IMG/VR virus record: IMGVR_UViG_3300021197_001233
Span: 218 to 64,217 of that record
Strand: one strand, 5' to 3'
Length of the DNA stretch: 64,000 nt
DNA from: a virus
Lineage: Duplodnaviria > Caudoviricetes
Shown here: positions 15,724 through 25,924 of the stretch, in pieces
Layout: each line of letters opens with the position of its first letter
Position numbering within the stretch: position 1 is the first letter of the stretch
Position numbers and translations under genes: made by a program
The notes under the pieces: generated by a model
What the model was told of the DNA's origin: nothing
What the model saw: only the letters and a program-made list of their open reading frames with translations
Databases searched by the model: none

Positions 15724-18141
15724 ATGTACAGCAACTCTAAGGCCAACAAATCTTTCCCTGATCCTCTGCTGCCTTCTGAAAAAAAGGAGGACAAGAGGTA
15801 TGGGATGAAATACGCTAAGGCGATCGAGGCCCAGTGGAGAGGATCATCCGATAAGAACGCACTTCAAAAGAGAAGAAGAAAGATATTTCAAAGAAACAGG
15901 AAATACTCTTTAGGCATTCAAGATACCTCTATCTACAAGAGGCTCTTGAATAATGTTGATCCAAACTCAGGGGACGGAAGTTTGATGAATCTGGACTACA
16001 CCCCAGTACCGATTCTTCCTAAGTTCGTTCGTATTGTGGTAAACAAAATTCTTTCAAAGAATCCATACCCAAATCTAGAGGCTATTGATCCGTTCTCTTC
16101 TTCAGAAAAGAACAACTACAAGCGAAGAGTAAAGAATCAAGTTGAGCTTAGGGACGAGCTGAAGAAGCTAAAGGACACTACGGGCGGCCTTGTTTTGGGT
16201 GATGATCCAGACAAGTTGCCCGAGACTATGGAGGAGGCTGAAATTTATTTGGACAGTAACGTCAAGACTGACGGTGAGATTTCTGCTCAGATTGCAACAA
16301 ACCTCACTCTGTCATGGAACAACTTTAATGATGGGACATTTAGGCGCTGTGTAAATGATATCGTCGCGCTTGGAATGTCCGTCGTAAAAAGGTCCAACGA
16401 TCCCAATGTAGGTATTCGCGTTGAATACGTAGATCCAGAAAAGTTTGTGCATAGCTACACAGAGGACCCTTCTTTTGATGACCTAGTTTATGCTGGTCAC
16501 ATTAAGACGATCACAATCTCTGAGCTAAAGCGAATGGCAGGGGATCAGCTTTCAGAGGAGGATTACGAAAAGATTTCTCAAAAGTCTAAGGGTAGTGGCG
16601 TAAGCGGTAACTCTACACAATACGATGACCTTGGAGATAGGACTATGTACGAGTATGACGAGTACACCATTGACCTACTTGAGTTTGAGTTTTTGACCGT
16701 AGACACTATGTTCTTTGAAGAGAAGGAGAATAAGTTTGGCAACAGCAACTTCTACTATCAGGGCTTCGGTGAGAAAGGCAGCAAGGACAGTGTTTTTGAG
16801 GCGTCTCCAGAGAAGCTTCAAATTGAGTGTATTTATGGTGGGGTTTACATCATGGGAACCGATCATGTGATCAACTACGGCAAACAGACAAATATGCCTA
16901 GGAACATCCATGATTTGTCTAGGGCTAAGCTTTCATACTCTGTTGTTTCTACGAACATCAACAGGATGATGCCTAAGTCTATGGTTGATAGCTGCGTTGG
17001 CTTTGCCGACATGCTTCAGCTCACTCACCTTAAGATTCAACAGGCCATTGCAAAGGCCAAGCCAGATGGATTAATCATTGACATTGAGGGCCTAGAAAAC
17101 GTTCAGCTTGGCAAAGGCGGCGAGCTTCAGCCGCTCGATCTACACGATATCTATGAGCAGACGGGTGTCTTTTACTACAGAAGCAAGAATCCAGACGGAA
17201 CGGGTCAGGCCCCACCAATTAGGGAGATTGGCAACGCCATTAGGAACATCAACGAGCTTATCGCCCTATACAACCACTACCTAAGGCTGATTAGGGATAC
17301 TACAGGCATCAATGAGGCCATGGATGCTTCCTCGCCTAAGGGTGACGCTTTGGTTGGGGTCAGGCAGCAGGCTATTGCCGCAGGCAACAACGCTATCTAC
17401 GACATCACCAATGCGTCTATGATCTTGTACAAAAAGGTCTGTAGCGACGTTGTTAAGTGCCTCCAGATTATTCCCGAAGGCTCTGTTATCTCTAAGGCCT
17501 ATGAGAACGCTATTGGTGAGGAGAATATGGCAGCTTTGACGTCGTTCAAAGACCTGCCTATGTTCAACTTTGGCGTTCAGGTTGTAAAGGAGATGGAGAC
17601 CGAGGACAAGCAGTATCTCGAACAGAGTATCCAGGTGGCGCTTGGCCAGAAAGAGATTGATCTAGAGGACGCCCTTATTGTAAGAAATATCAAAGATGTG
17701 AATCAAGCCGAGCGTCTTCTTATGGTGAAGCGTAAAAATCGCCAGAAGGAGCAGGCTAAGATTGCTCAGCAAAACTCTCAGCAACAGGCTCAGGTGGCTC
17801 AGCAGGCAGCTCAGACTGCATCACAGGCCAAGCAGCAAGAGCTTCAGATAGAGGCGCAGCTTGAGATGCAAAAGATTCAGGCTAAGACACAGGCTGAGAT
17901 GGAACTAGAGAAAGTTAAGCACGAGCACAGAAGGGAGATCGAAATGATTAGAGCCCAGGCAACTCTTGGGTTTAGGACCGAGGACCAAGAGTTTAGAGAG
18001 AAGCTAGAGACCATGAAGGAAGAAGGTAAAGAATCTCGTGTTGATCAGCAGGCCTCGCTTACTAGTAAACTTATCGCGCAGCGTCAAGGCGAAGGCGGTC
18101 GTTTTGACAGCATGGATGAAAACATTGAAAACAGCCTATAA
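15724..18141 (+). CDS. portal protein
   Basis: 805 aa directly after terL; LDYTPVPILPKFV, IRDTTGINEA, Gln-rich C-terminal coiled coil. Confidence 0.88.
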   Translation: MYSNSKANKSFPDPLLPSEKKEDKRYGMKYAKAIEAQWRGSSDKNALQKRRRKIFQRNRKYSLGIQDTSIYKRLLNNVDPNSGDGSLMNLDYTPVPILPKFVRIVVNKILSKNPYPNLEAIDPFSSSEKNNYKRRVKNQVELRDELKKLKDTTGGLVLGDDPDKLPETMEEAEIYLDSNVKTDGEISAQIATNLTLSWNNFNDGTFRRCVNDIVALGMSVVKRSNDPNVGIRVEYVDPEKFVHSYTEDPSFDDLVYAGHIKTITISELKRMAGDQLSEEDYEKISQKSKGSGVSGNSTQYDDLGDRTMYEYDEYTIDLLEFEFLTVDTMFFEEKENKFGNSNFYYQGFGEKGSKDSVFEASPEKLQIECIYGGVYIMGTDHVINYGKQTNMPRNIHDLSRAKLSYSVVSTNINRMMPKSMVDSCVGFADMLQLTHLKIQQAIAKAKPDGLIIDIEGLENVQLGKGGELQPLDLHDIYEQTGVFYYRSKNPDGTGQAPPIREIGNAIRNINELIALYNHYLRLIRDTTGINEAMDASSPKGDALVGVRQQAIAAGNNAIYDITNASMILYKKVCSDVVKCLQIIPEGSVISKAYENAIGEENMAALTSFKDLPMFNFGVQVVKEMETEDKQYLEQSIQVALGQKEIDLEDALIVRNIKDVNQAERLLMVKRKNRQKEQAKIAQQNSQQQAQVAQQAAQTASQAKQQELQIEAQLEMQKIQAKTQAEMELEKVKHEHRREIEMIRAQATLGFRTEDQEFREKLETMKEEGKESRVDQQASLTSKLIAQRQGEGGRFDSMDENIENSL

Positions 18142-18566
18142 TGTCTCAAGTTAATTTCGACGTATCTCAAACACTGGATATTACGTGCGTGAAGGGGGAC
18201 ACCTTTTCAATGGATCTTACCCTTAAGGACTCTGCTGGTAGCGCTATCGACATAACAAATTACGAGTTCTATTTTCAGATCTTCAAGGGCTCATCAATTA
18301 TGATTTCTACTACGGATGCGAAGTCCTTTGAAAGGCAAAGAATTAGCTCTGGGAACGTCTTGGTAACTAAGAATGCGGATCAGACAGACAATAAGGGTAA
18401 GTTTAACATATCTATATCGTCTCTTGTTATGTCTAGCTTTCCAGCGGGAGGATATCTCTATGAAATGCAGATGAGCACTACTGGAGACTCTAGCGGTGTT
18501 GACACAACAATTCTCAAGGGTAATTTCATTGTGAATCCAGACCGTACATCTCCAGCCACAAGATAA
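18141..18566 (+). CDS. BppU-N-like virion adaptor protein
   Basis: KGDTFSMDL...IDITNY...YLYEMQM...TILKGNFIV. Confidence 0.6.
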   Translation: MSQVNFDVSQTLDITCVKGDTFSMDLTLKDSAGSAIDITNYEFYFQIFKGSSIMISTTDAKSFERQRISSGNVLVTKNADQTDNKGKFNISISSLVMSSFPAGGYLYEMQMSTTGDSSGVDTTILKGNFIVNPDRTSPATR

Positions 18567-18678
18567 TGTCTAGTGTAACTGTAAATAGGCCTACGTTCTA
18601 TCAAATTACTGTAAGCCCTGCTTCTTTATATTTGCTAACGGAAAGCAAGCCAACGACTTACATCATAACTAGACCTTA

Positions 18679-18996
18679 ATGCAGCTCGTCAAAGAAAACA
18701 AAAAGGGGAGAAAAGGAAAAATGCCCAAGAAGTTTTCTGTCAAGAGCGGAGACAAGTCTCCATCTGGTGGGTTGACGGCAAAGGGCGTTAGAAGGTATAG
18801 GTCTGCAAACCCTGGCAGTAAGCTTAAGACTGCCGTTACTGGCAAAGTTAAAAAAGGCAGTAAGGCCGCTAAAAGACGCAAGTCTTTCTGCTCACGTATG
18901 TGTGGCATGAAGAAGAGGCTAACTAGTGCTAAGACCGCAAAAAACCCGAACTCACGCATCAACAAAGCGTTGCGTAAGTGGAAATGTCGCTGCTGA
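18679..18996 (+). CDS. basic phage protein (DUF6321-like)
   Basis: SGGLTAKG...NPGSKLK...RRKSFCSRM...SRINKALRKWKC. Confidence 0.75.
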   Translation: MQLVKENKKGRKGKMPKKFSVKSGDKSPSGGLTAKGVRRYRSANPGSKLKTAVTGKVKKGSKAAKRRKSFCSRMCGMKKRLTSAKTAKNPNSRINKALRKWKCRC

Positions 18997-19187
18997 TGAA
19001 AACTGTAAAAGGCAAAAAGAAGGGAAACTTTACGGTCACGAACAAGACCAAGGAGATTGATCCACCATCTGGATTTCACTGGATGGAGGAGGGTGGTAGG
19101 TACTACCTAATGAAGGGTGATTATAAACCGCATCCTGGAGCTATAGCTAAGGCTAAGTTCAAGATGGCAGATCATGTAAAATCATGA
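18996..19187 (+). CDS. small basic phage protein
   Basis: Start MKTVKGKKKG; PPSGFHWM...YLMKGDYKPH. Confidence 0.7.
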   Translation: MKTVKGKKKGNFTVTNKTKEIDPPSGFHWMEEGGRYYLMKGDYKPHPGAIAKAKFKMADHVKS

Positions 19188-19354
19188 AGGTCTATAAAAA
19201 AGGCGGTAAGTCCAAGAAGTCTGGAAAAAAGGATGCCTGCTACCACAAAGTCAGATCTAGATACAGTGTGTGGCCATCAGCTTACGCCTCAGGTGCTCTT
19301 GTGCGCTGCAGAAAGGTGGGGGCTGCAAACTGGGGTAATAAGTCCAAGAAGTAA
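19184..19354 (+). CDS. 56-aa basic phage protein (not in ORF track)
   Basis: MKVYKKGG...KDACYHKVRSRYSVWPSAYASGALVRCRKVGAANWGN; coupled at both ends. Confidence 0.8.
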   Translation: MKVYKKGGKSKKSGKKDACYHKVRSRYSVWPSAYASGALVRCRKVGAANWGNKSKK

Positions 19355-19617
19355 TGGCTAAAGAAGGTCTCAGAAAATGGTTTGGTAGAAACCAAGGCAG
19401 GGGCTGGGCTGATTGCAAGGCGTCAAAGCGAGCGGGTAAGTTTGTGCCATGCGGCAGAAAGAAGTCTAGTAAAAGCAGGGGCACTGGATATCCTGCATGC
19501 AGACCTACTGTGGCTCAGTGCAATAGCGCTGCATCTAAGAAGACAAGCTCTAAGCGAATCTCCTGGAAGGGCAGGAAGAAGGCTACCCCAGGCATGCGAT
19601 TAGTGAAGTCTAAATAA
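19354..19617 (+). CDS. basic phage protein (DUF5872-like)
   Basis: GLRKWF...W.DCK...PCGR...YPACRP. Confidence 0.7.
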   Translation: MAKEGLRKWFGRNQGRGWADCKASKRAGKFVPCGRKKSSKSRGTGYPACRPTVAQCNSAASKKTSSKRISWKGRKKATPGMRLVKSK

Positions 19618-19648
19618 TACCTATATTTGCACAAACTAACAAATCAAA

Positions 19649-20059
19649 ATGGCTACAACTACTGTAACTCTCAGCATTTCCAGCGGTGATTTGACTGGCG
19701 ATGCTCTTTCGCTCTCGTCTACGACAAACATCAACAAGGCTGGAACAACCACTGGTCTCGACCAAACGACTGGTGTCGCTCGTAAATTCTTTGCATCTGC
19801 TCAGACGAACACCGCTCTGATTCTTGCTGCAGATTACACAGATGACAAGGCTCACAAGGTGTACATTAAGAACATCTCTACTACTGCCTCTGAATTTATC
19901 ACCGTGAAGATTGGAGCAACTGAGGTTGGCCGTCTGTACGCTGGTGACTTCTTGTTTATCCCATGGGCGGCTGACACCACAGGCGACAACGCTGACATCG
20001 ACATTGATACGTCTGCTGTTAACATGACCGTCGAGCACCTCGTTATTTACGAAGCGTAA
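19649..20059 (+). CDS. small virion structural protein
   Basis: Thr-rich beta protein; VYIKN...LYAGDFLFIPW. Confidence 0.7.
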   Translation: MATTTVTLSISSGDLTGDALSLSSTTNINKAGTTTGLDQTTGVARKFFASAQTNTALILAADYTDDKAHKVYIKNISTTASEFITVKIGATEVGRLYAGDFLFIPWAADTTGDNADIDIDTSAVNMTVEHLVIYEA

Positions 20060-20466
20060 TGGCGTTAGTTAGAGTCAGCTTGGCTTTGTCCAGCTCGGAC
20101 GTGCTTTCATCTCCACTAAGTTTGGGGGTGGATGCAGGCCTTGTTGTTGACTCTGGTAACTTAATCAGAGCCAAGGTCAAGGGTACCGCAGCTGATACAA
20201 ACGATTTGGCGATCTACATCGCAAATCAATGTACAGAAAGAGCTTACCTGTACATCAAGAACATGGAGAGTGAGCTTGAGAACTACATCTACATTCACAA
20301 CGACACTGACACTGGTCTCGTAGCCAAGATCGGTGGAGGTGAGTTTGCATTTATCCCAGTATCACCCGACAAGAAGTATGAGGTGTACGCGACGAAGGTA
20401 AACAGCTTGGTTGAATACGGTGTGTTCGGTAATGATGATTCAGACAACCCATACGGAGGTTCATAA
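20059..20466 (+). CDS. small virion structural protein (paralog of 19649)
   Basis: LSSSDVLS..LSL; YLYIKN...IGGGEFAFIPV. Confidence 0.7.
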   Translation: MALVRVSLALSSSDVLSSPLSLGVDAGLVVDSGNLIRAKVKGTAADTNDLAIYIANQCTERAYLYIKNMESELENYIYIHNDTDTGLVAKIGGGEFAFIPVSPDKKYEVYATKVNSLVEYGVFGNDDSDNPYGGS

Positions 20467-20476
20467 TAAATAAGAC

Positions 20477-20818
20477 ATGGCAACATTAGCAAATCAGGGG
20501 ATGGCCTCTCAGATGGCATTAGGACAACATGGAAGCATGTTTGTAAACGCTACTGGCGACGTTGACTGCCTGCCTCCAAACGGCATGGTCTTCGTGGCAA
20601 TCACGTGCCTCGCTGCAACTACGTTTGATGAGCTCGTATCAGAGGACGATACAAAATACTTTGGTAGCACAGGTACAGACAATACCCACAGCAGAGGTAT
20701 TGGAGACTTGGTTATCAATACAGATAGCTTTCCAGCTGGTCTAACAATCTTTGGGAGGTGGACCAAGTTTGACCTTGCTGGCGGATCTGTCATCGCTTAC
20801 GTCGGCCCAGCTAAGTAA
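20477..20818 (+). CDS. small virion structural protein (possible head decoration)
   Basis: FVAITCL...FPAGLTIFGRWT...GSVIAY. Confidence 0.6.
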   Translation: MATLANQGMASQMALGQHGSMFVNATGDVDCLPPNGMVFVAITCLAATTFDELVSEDDTKYFGSTGTDNTHSRGIGDLVINTDSFPAGLTIFGRWTKFDLAGGSVIAYVGPAK

Positions 20819-20840
20819 TCAATAAAAACAATTTAATATA

Positions 20841-21905
20841 ATGGAAGAGCAGGAAAACACAACTGCTGGCTTCGAGGTGTTTGACACCCCCGAGGCCATG
20901 ATTGAGGCTGAGGCCCCACAACAACAAGAAGAACAATCATTTGACCAAGCACCAGCTCCAATGGAGGAGCCGCAAGGTCAAGAACAACCGCTTCAGGAAT
21001 CAGCATACGTTGACCCTGAGGCACCATCACAGCCTGAATTTAATGATTCTCAGCTGGATGATATGACCCTTATGTACTTAAGCGAAAAGCTCGGTAGACA
21101 GGTGACGTCATTCGATGAGTTTAACCAGGTTCAGGAGCAGCAGCAGGTTCTCGACGAAAGAGTCGATGCGATCTCTCGGTTTGTACAGGAGACAGGGCGT
21201 TCTCCTCAAGATTGGTTTGCGTATCAGTCACTCGATCCACAAAATATGGACGATTCTACGGCTGTTCGCGTCAAGCTTGCTACCGACTACCCAGATCTGT
21301 CGTCTCAAGAAGTAAACATGCTGATGAAGAGCAAGTACGGTTTTGATGACACCCTCGCAACAGAGGAAGAAATCAATATCGCCAAGCTCAACCTTAAAAT
21401 TGCGGCACAGGAGGCCCGTCAAGACATTGCTACCATCAGGGAGGAATACTTGGCACCCGATGTGTCCCAAGGCCAGGAGTCATTTGTCAATGACGATTGG
21501 ATTAACAACATGTCCCAGGAGGTGGATGCTCTGCAGGCTCTAGAGTTTGATGTCGCAGATGGCAAGACCTTCCAGTTCTCGTTGGATCAATCCTATCTGT
21601 CAGAGCTAAAGGACAAGCAGGCTAACCTCGATTCCTTTTTCGATCGCTTCGTTGATAACGATGGGAACTGGAATCACGATGAGCTTTCGTCAATGTTCGC
21701 TGTGCGTGACAACATTGATCGCATCGTATCCTCGGCGTACCGCCAGGGTATGAGCGATGGTCAGCGCAACGTCGTTTCGACAGCCGCAAACATTTCAACC
21801 GCATCCCCTAATACGCAAGGGATGCAACAACAAGAGAACCCCCTCGGCGCTCAGGTGAAACAGATCCTGCGCGGCGGAAGCGGTTTCTCGTTTGGTAACA
21901 TCTAA
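20841..21905 (+). CDS. capsid scaffolding protein
   Basis: Acidic, helical, immediately upstream of the major capsid gene. Confidence 0.7.
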   Translation: MEEQENTTAGFEVFDTPEAMIEAEAPQQQEEQSFDQAPAPMEEPQGQEQPLQESAYVDPEAPSQPEFNDSQLDDMTLMYLSEKLGRQVTSFDEFNQVQEQQQVLDERVDAISRFVQETGRSPQDWFAYQSLDPQNMDDSTAVRVKLATDYPDLSSQEVNMLMKSKYGFDDTLATEEEINIAKLNLKIAAQEARQDIATIREEYLAPDVSQGQESFVNDDWINNMSQEVDALQALEFDVADGKTFQFSLDQSYLSELKDKQANLDSFFDRFVDNDGNWNHDELSSMFAVRDNIDRIVSSAYRQGMSDGQRNVVSTAANISTASPNTQGMQQQENPLGAQVKQILRGGSGFSFGNI

Positions 21906-21918
21906 ATACTAAGAAACT

Positions 21919-23367
21919 ATGGCTGATTTGAAATCAGGACAACCCAGTACTTACAGCACTACTTCAGTAGGTGATAAGACTGTGAAAAATACTCTGCTGT
22001 CTAGAGGCTTTAAGCTTACTCCAGACAGCTACACTACTGTTGATGAACTCATCAAGGCGACCCGCGAGGACGTCATGCCTGAGCTTATCCAAATCTACGG
22101 CGACCAAGGCTTGACGGGCTTCTTGAAGCTCACTGGCGCCGTAAACAGCGGTGGCTCTTCTGACCAGATCGACTGGTGGGAGGCAGGCCGTCGTCACAGA
22201 GCATACACGCTGACCGACAACTTTACGTCAGGCAGCACTGGTGCTTCTGTAACTGTTACTGACGCTACTTTCATTGCAAACGTTCAGAAGAACGATGTCG
22301 TGATGGAGGCCTCAACTGGTGTTCGTTTTATCGTACAGTCTGGTGGTGCAACCACCTCTACGAGCTCTCCATCAAACGCTGTTTTGGTGAAGATGGACAA
22401 CACTTCTATTGTGGATGCTGATTTGACTGACGGCGCGAACAACTGCGTCATGTTGGTCATCGGTAACATCTACGCACAGGGCACGAACCAGCCTACTGGT
22501 TTCACTGATCCTGGAATCAAGCGTTACACCAACCCATATATGATCGTCAAGGATCGCTACGAGGTCAACGGATCTCAGGCTACCAACGTCGGTTACGTAA
22601 ACTTGGGTGGTGGTGACTACCGCTGGTTCATGTACGGTGAGGGAGAGGCTCGTGCTCGCTTTGAGGACAAGCGTGAATTGATGATGCTCTTCGGTGAGAA
22701 GAGAGGCGGCACCGCTGGAACTGCTTTGGATAATGCCATGGCTGGTTCTGAAGGCTACTTCTCAGCTATCGAGGATAGAGGTATCGTCGTTCAGAACGCT
22801 TCTTCTAACCCACTCGACAGCTTCTCTGAGTTTGACGACATCATCCTGGAGTTGGATAAGCAAGGCGCCCCTTCTGAGTACGCAATGTACGTGAACAGAA
22901 AGCAGGACCTCGCTATCGACGACATGTTGGCGTCTGGTATCGCCACCCAGGTGACTGCTGGCTTGCCAGGTCAGTTCGGTGCATTCCAGAACAACGCAGA
23001 TATGGCTGTTCAGCTCGGATTTAAGAGCTTTACTCGCGGTGGCTACACCTTCCACAAGCACGACTGGAGATTGTTGAACGATCCAACGATGTTGGGTGCC
23101 GCAACAAACAACTTCCTGCAGGGCTGCATGGTGCCATTGAGAACGGTGAATGACGCTAGAAGCGGTGCTTCTGTGCCTGCCCTCTCTATGCACTACAAGG
23201 AGGCTAACGGCTACTCTCGTGAGATGGAGCACTGGGTAACTGGCGGAGGCGTGTTGGGTCACACCAACAACGGCGATGCTGGTACGGACCAGGCTGTATT
23301 CCACTACAGATCAGAAATTGCTCTCTGCGTCCGCGCTGCAAACCAGCACGTAATGATCAAGGGCTAA
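21919..23367 (+). CDS. major capsid protein
   Basis: 482 aa; GSEGYFSAIEDRG, LGFKSFTRGGYTFHKHDW, HYRSEIALCVRAAN; position after scaffold. Confidence 0.85.
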   Translation: MADLKSGQPSTYSTTSVGDKTVKNTLLSRGFKLTPDSYTTVDELIKATREDVMPELIQIYGDQGLTGFLKLTGAVNSGGSSDQIDWWEAGRRHRAYTLTDNFTSGSTGASVTVTDATFIANVQKNDVVMEASTGVRFIVQSGGATTSTSSPSNAVLVKMDNTSIVDADLTDGANNCVMLVIGNIYAQGTNQPTGFTDPGIKRYTNPYMIVKDRYEVNGSQATNVGYVNLGGGDYRWFMYGEGEARARFEDKRELMMLFGEKRGGTAGTALDNAMAGSEGYFSAIEDRGIVVQNASSNPLDSFSEFDDIILELDKQGAPSEYAMYVNRKQDLAIDDMLASGIATQVTAGLPGQFGAFQNNADMAVQLGFKSFTRGGYTFHKHDWRLLNDPTMLGAATNNFLQGCMVPLRTVNDARSGASVPALSMHYKEANGYSREMEHWVTGGGVLGHTNNGDAGTDQAVFHYRSEIALCVRAANQHVMIKG

Positions 23368-23403
23368 TAGTCAATCGTTTAACTATTAAAACCCAAGATT
23401 ATT

Positions 23404-23877
23404 ATGGCTACTACTAAAGTATTACCAGGAAACGCTGTGGTCTCCAACAGGATCATCAGTGATGAAGTTTTGGTAGAAGGAGGGGGTCCAATCGTAGGCC
23501 TTATCCAACCTGCAAACAGCATCATTGAAAAGATCTTTTTGAGAGTTATTGAAGCGCCCCTTATTGCTTCAGGAAACATTATGTGTGAGATCGGAACAGA
23601 AAGTGACGATCCAAACAACATTGTTACCGATGCAGGCGGAAGCGACAACATCCTCGATGGAGGCGCAACTTTGCCAGTGGGAACGATTTTTGACTTGACA
23701 AACTCAACAGGAAGCACGTTTAGATCAAACGGGCTTGCTACGGGTAACGCAAACGCAGAAACCGCATCCGAAATTGTAACTGACGAAACTAAGATCTATG
23801 CAAAATTCACATCAAGCACCGCTGTAACTACAGCAGGTAAGTTTGAGTTGTCTTTTACATACAGAGTCTTTGCATAA
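23404..23877 (+). CDS. probable capsid decoration protein
   Basis: QPANSIIEKI beta-rich protein directly after the capsid gene. Confidence 0.6.
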   Translation: MATTKVLPGNAVVSNRIISDEVLVEGGGPIVGLIQPANSIIEKIFLRVIEAPLIASGNIMCEIGTESDDPNNIVTDAGGSDNILDGGATLPVGTIFDLTNSTGSTFRSNGLATGNANAETASEIVTDETKIYAKFTSSTAVTTAGKFELSFTYRVFA

Positions 23878-23884
23878 CGCGAAT

Positions 23885-23925
23885 GGGTTGGGGAAAGTCC
23901 CCAGCCCCTTTGCTTTCTCTTTTTT
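23885..23925 (+). terminator. intrinsic terminator
   Basis: gggttgggga-aag-tccccagccc followed by T-rich tract. Confidence 0.7.
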
Positions 23926-23948
23926 AAAACACAAAAACAAAAATTATT

Positions 23949-24545
23949 ATGGGACATTTTGATGAATTGTTGGCATCCAAAATGGAGGCCGCAACAATGA
24001 ACTCTAGATATCTAGATTTCTGCGGAGGATTCGTAGGAAATCTGACAACTGGAACGGCAATTACTGATGCCGTAGCTGACGCTGGAACTGGGGGTAATGC
24101 TGCAGCAATTCTTGCGGCTACTTTGGTGGACGGTGAAGTCGTTGCGTGTGCATACGACGGAGGTGCTGCTGGCACCTTGTACTTGCCTAAGGCTGTTAAT
24201 GGTGCTTACTGCGCTGTCGAAATCACTGGAGATATTGACGAAGCTAATGCTTTTAACTTCGAGGCTAGAGGCGCTGCTGTAGCTACGTCTACTGCGGTTT
24301 TGGCCAAGCAGTTGATTGGACCTTTGCATGAGCACGGTGCTTCCGCTCAAACAGTGGAGACTGCAGGAACAGCTGAAGCTCCTACGTCAGTTAAGTTGGT
24401 CTACACTGCGGCAGCAGCCGACACCAACTTCTTGGGCGCTGGTAGCGTTATTCAGTTCTACTGCCCTAAGAATGATCAGTGGTTGGTTAGAGTGACCAAC
24501 ATTGTAGAAGGCACAGGCGCTACTGGCGCTTTCACTGTTGCCTAA
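23949..24545 (+). CDS. probable head decoration/fibre protein
   Basis: Ala/Gly/Thr-rich; TLYLPKA..G, GSVIQFYC...QWLV. Confidence 0.6.
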   Translation: MGHFDELLASKMEAATMNSRYLDFCGGFVGNLTTGTAITDAVADAGTGGNAAAILAATLVDGEVVACAYDGGAAGTLYLPKAVNGAYCAVEITGDIDEANAFNFEARGAAVATSTAVLAKQLIGPLHEHGASAQTVETAGTAEAPTSVKLVYTAAAADTNFLGAGSVIQFYCPKNDQWLVRVTNIVEGTGATGAFTVA

Positions 24546-24570
24546 TACTGATTAACAATTTTAAGCTACG

Positions 24571-24600
24571 AGAAAGGCCCTTCGGGGCCTTTTTCTTTTT
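24571..24600 (+). terminator. intrinsic terminator
   Basis: aaaggccc-ttcg-gggccttt plus T tract. Confidence 0.85.
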
Positions 24601-24626
24601 CCTTATATTTGCGGTACTTTAGTACA

Positions 24627-25913
24627 ATGAACAAGTATTTTATTTTCCGTAGGGAGGAGGTTACTGAGGCCAGTATCACATCCTCGGATACAGGCGTTGG
24701 GATGAGCGTCTTTGCTGTCCCAGCAGAGAGCGTATCATACATGTCTGCGGAGAAGGGAAAGGTTTTCATTGTATTTAACAACGCCACCCTGTATCAGGAA
24801 GCGAATCTGCGAGACGGAGAGTCCATCAAAAAGTCAGCCGTAACGATTGGTTGCCCAGTGGGGGAGGAGACTCAGTTCATTGAGGACATAGCCGCGTTTA
24901 TCACTGGTGAGACTCAGAGAAACATTATGAGATTCGATGTGCTGTCTAGCAAGTCCACGTTCAAGCTCGCTGACACAAAAGATGCAGACAGCATCACGCC
25001 TGTTATTAGCACGCGACCCGTAAACATGCAGACGGGTAATATCAGTGGACATACAGTCAGGCAGACAGAGGGGGGCGACAGTGTAATCGCTGGTATCGAC
25101 TTTGGGGCTAACCAGCCCATCGTAGACTACAATCACGCGGGTCTAGCTTCGTACTCTGACGGGACTGAAATTGCTCATGGTGGACAGGCATGGGACAACG
25201 GCGGGTCTGGTGGGGCTACGTATGACATTAGCACAAACGTCGGCGGACCCGTTGTTAGAGATCCAGCGTCAAATGATAGAGGTCTTTCTCAAAAAGGCAT
25301 TCAGTTTGCAGAAGGAGATCACCTAATTGTACCGACTCTTTCGGTTGAGCGTGACTACACTTTATACGTGGTCTTCAGCACGCAATATACCGCCTCCCTT
25401 TATAGCCCCTACTTCCATGTCATTTACGGGGACGCCGCAGGCGAAACCCTGGGGCCAGGAGGTAAGTTTAAAGAGAGCGGAGCAGCCAATAAGGTCTTCT
25501 TAGATAAGAATACGTTTTCGTTTAGGCATTCAGGTCAAACTGGACCAGTGGCAGAGGCCTCTGGTGACGGCAGAATTGTTGACGATCACCTTGTAAACCA
25601 TGCATTTAATCCCTGTCATGTGTTTGTCATAAGGAGAGATAAGGATGGTAACATGATCGTTCACAATAGAGACGGTGATGTTGAGGTCGTAATTCCTGCC
25701 GTATCTAGAGACAATGAGTCTGCACTACCGTCATTCACAGCGAAATCAACTACAGGAAAACTCAAGATTGAGCGCCTAGGGACTACAGAGGACATCATAG
25801 TCGATCACTTTAGCAAGTCTACCCTCGCTAGGTTCGGCGTTATAACAGAAGACATTGGCACCAACGAGTCAGCCAAACTCGCTAAGGAGCTATTTTCACT
25901 ATACAAATCTTAA
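24627..25913 (+). CDS. virion structural protein with LamG-like C-terminal domain
   Basis: Start MNKYFIF after promoter 24604; DYTLYVVF, HVFVIRRD. Confidence 0.65.
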   Translation: MNKYFIFRREEVTEASITSSDTGVGMSVFAVPAESVSYMSAEKGKVFIVFNNATLYQEANLRDGESIKKSAVTIGCPVGEETQFIEDIAAFITGETQRNIMRFDVLSSKSTFKLADTKDADSITPVISTRPVNMQTGNISGHTVRQTEGGDSVIAGIDFGANQPIVDYNHAGLASYSDGTEIAHGGQAWDNGGSGGATYDISTNVGGPVVRDPASNDRGLSQKGIQFAEGDHLIVPTLSVERDYTLYVVFSTQYTASLYSPYFHVIYGDAAGETLGPGGKFKESGAANKVFLDKNTFSFRHSGQTGPVAEASGDGRIVDDHLVNHAFNPCHVFVIRRDKDGNMIVHNRDGDVEVVIPAVSRDNESALPSFTAKSTTGKLKIERLGTTEDIIVDHFSKSTLARFGVITEDIGTNESAKLAKELFSLYKS

Positions 25914-25924
25914 TTCATTTTACA

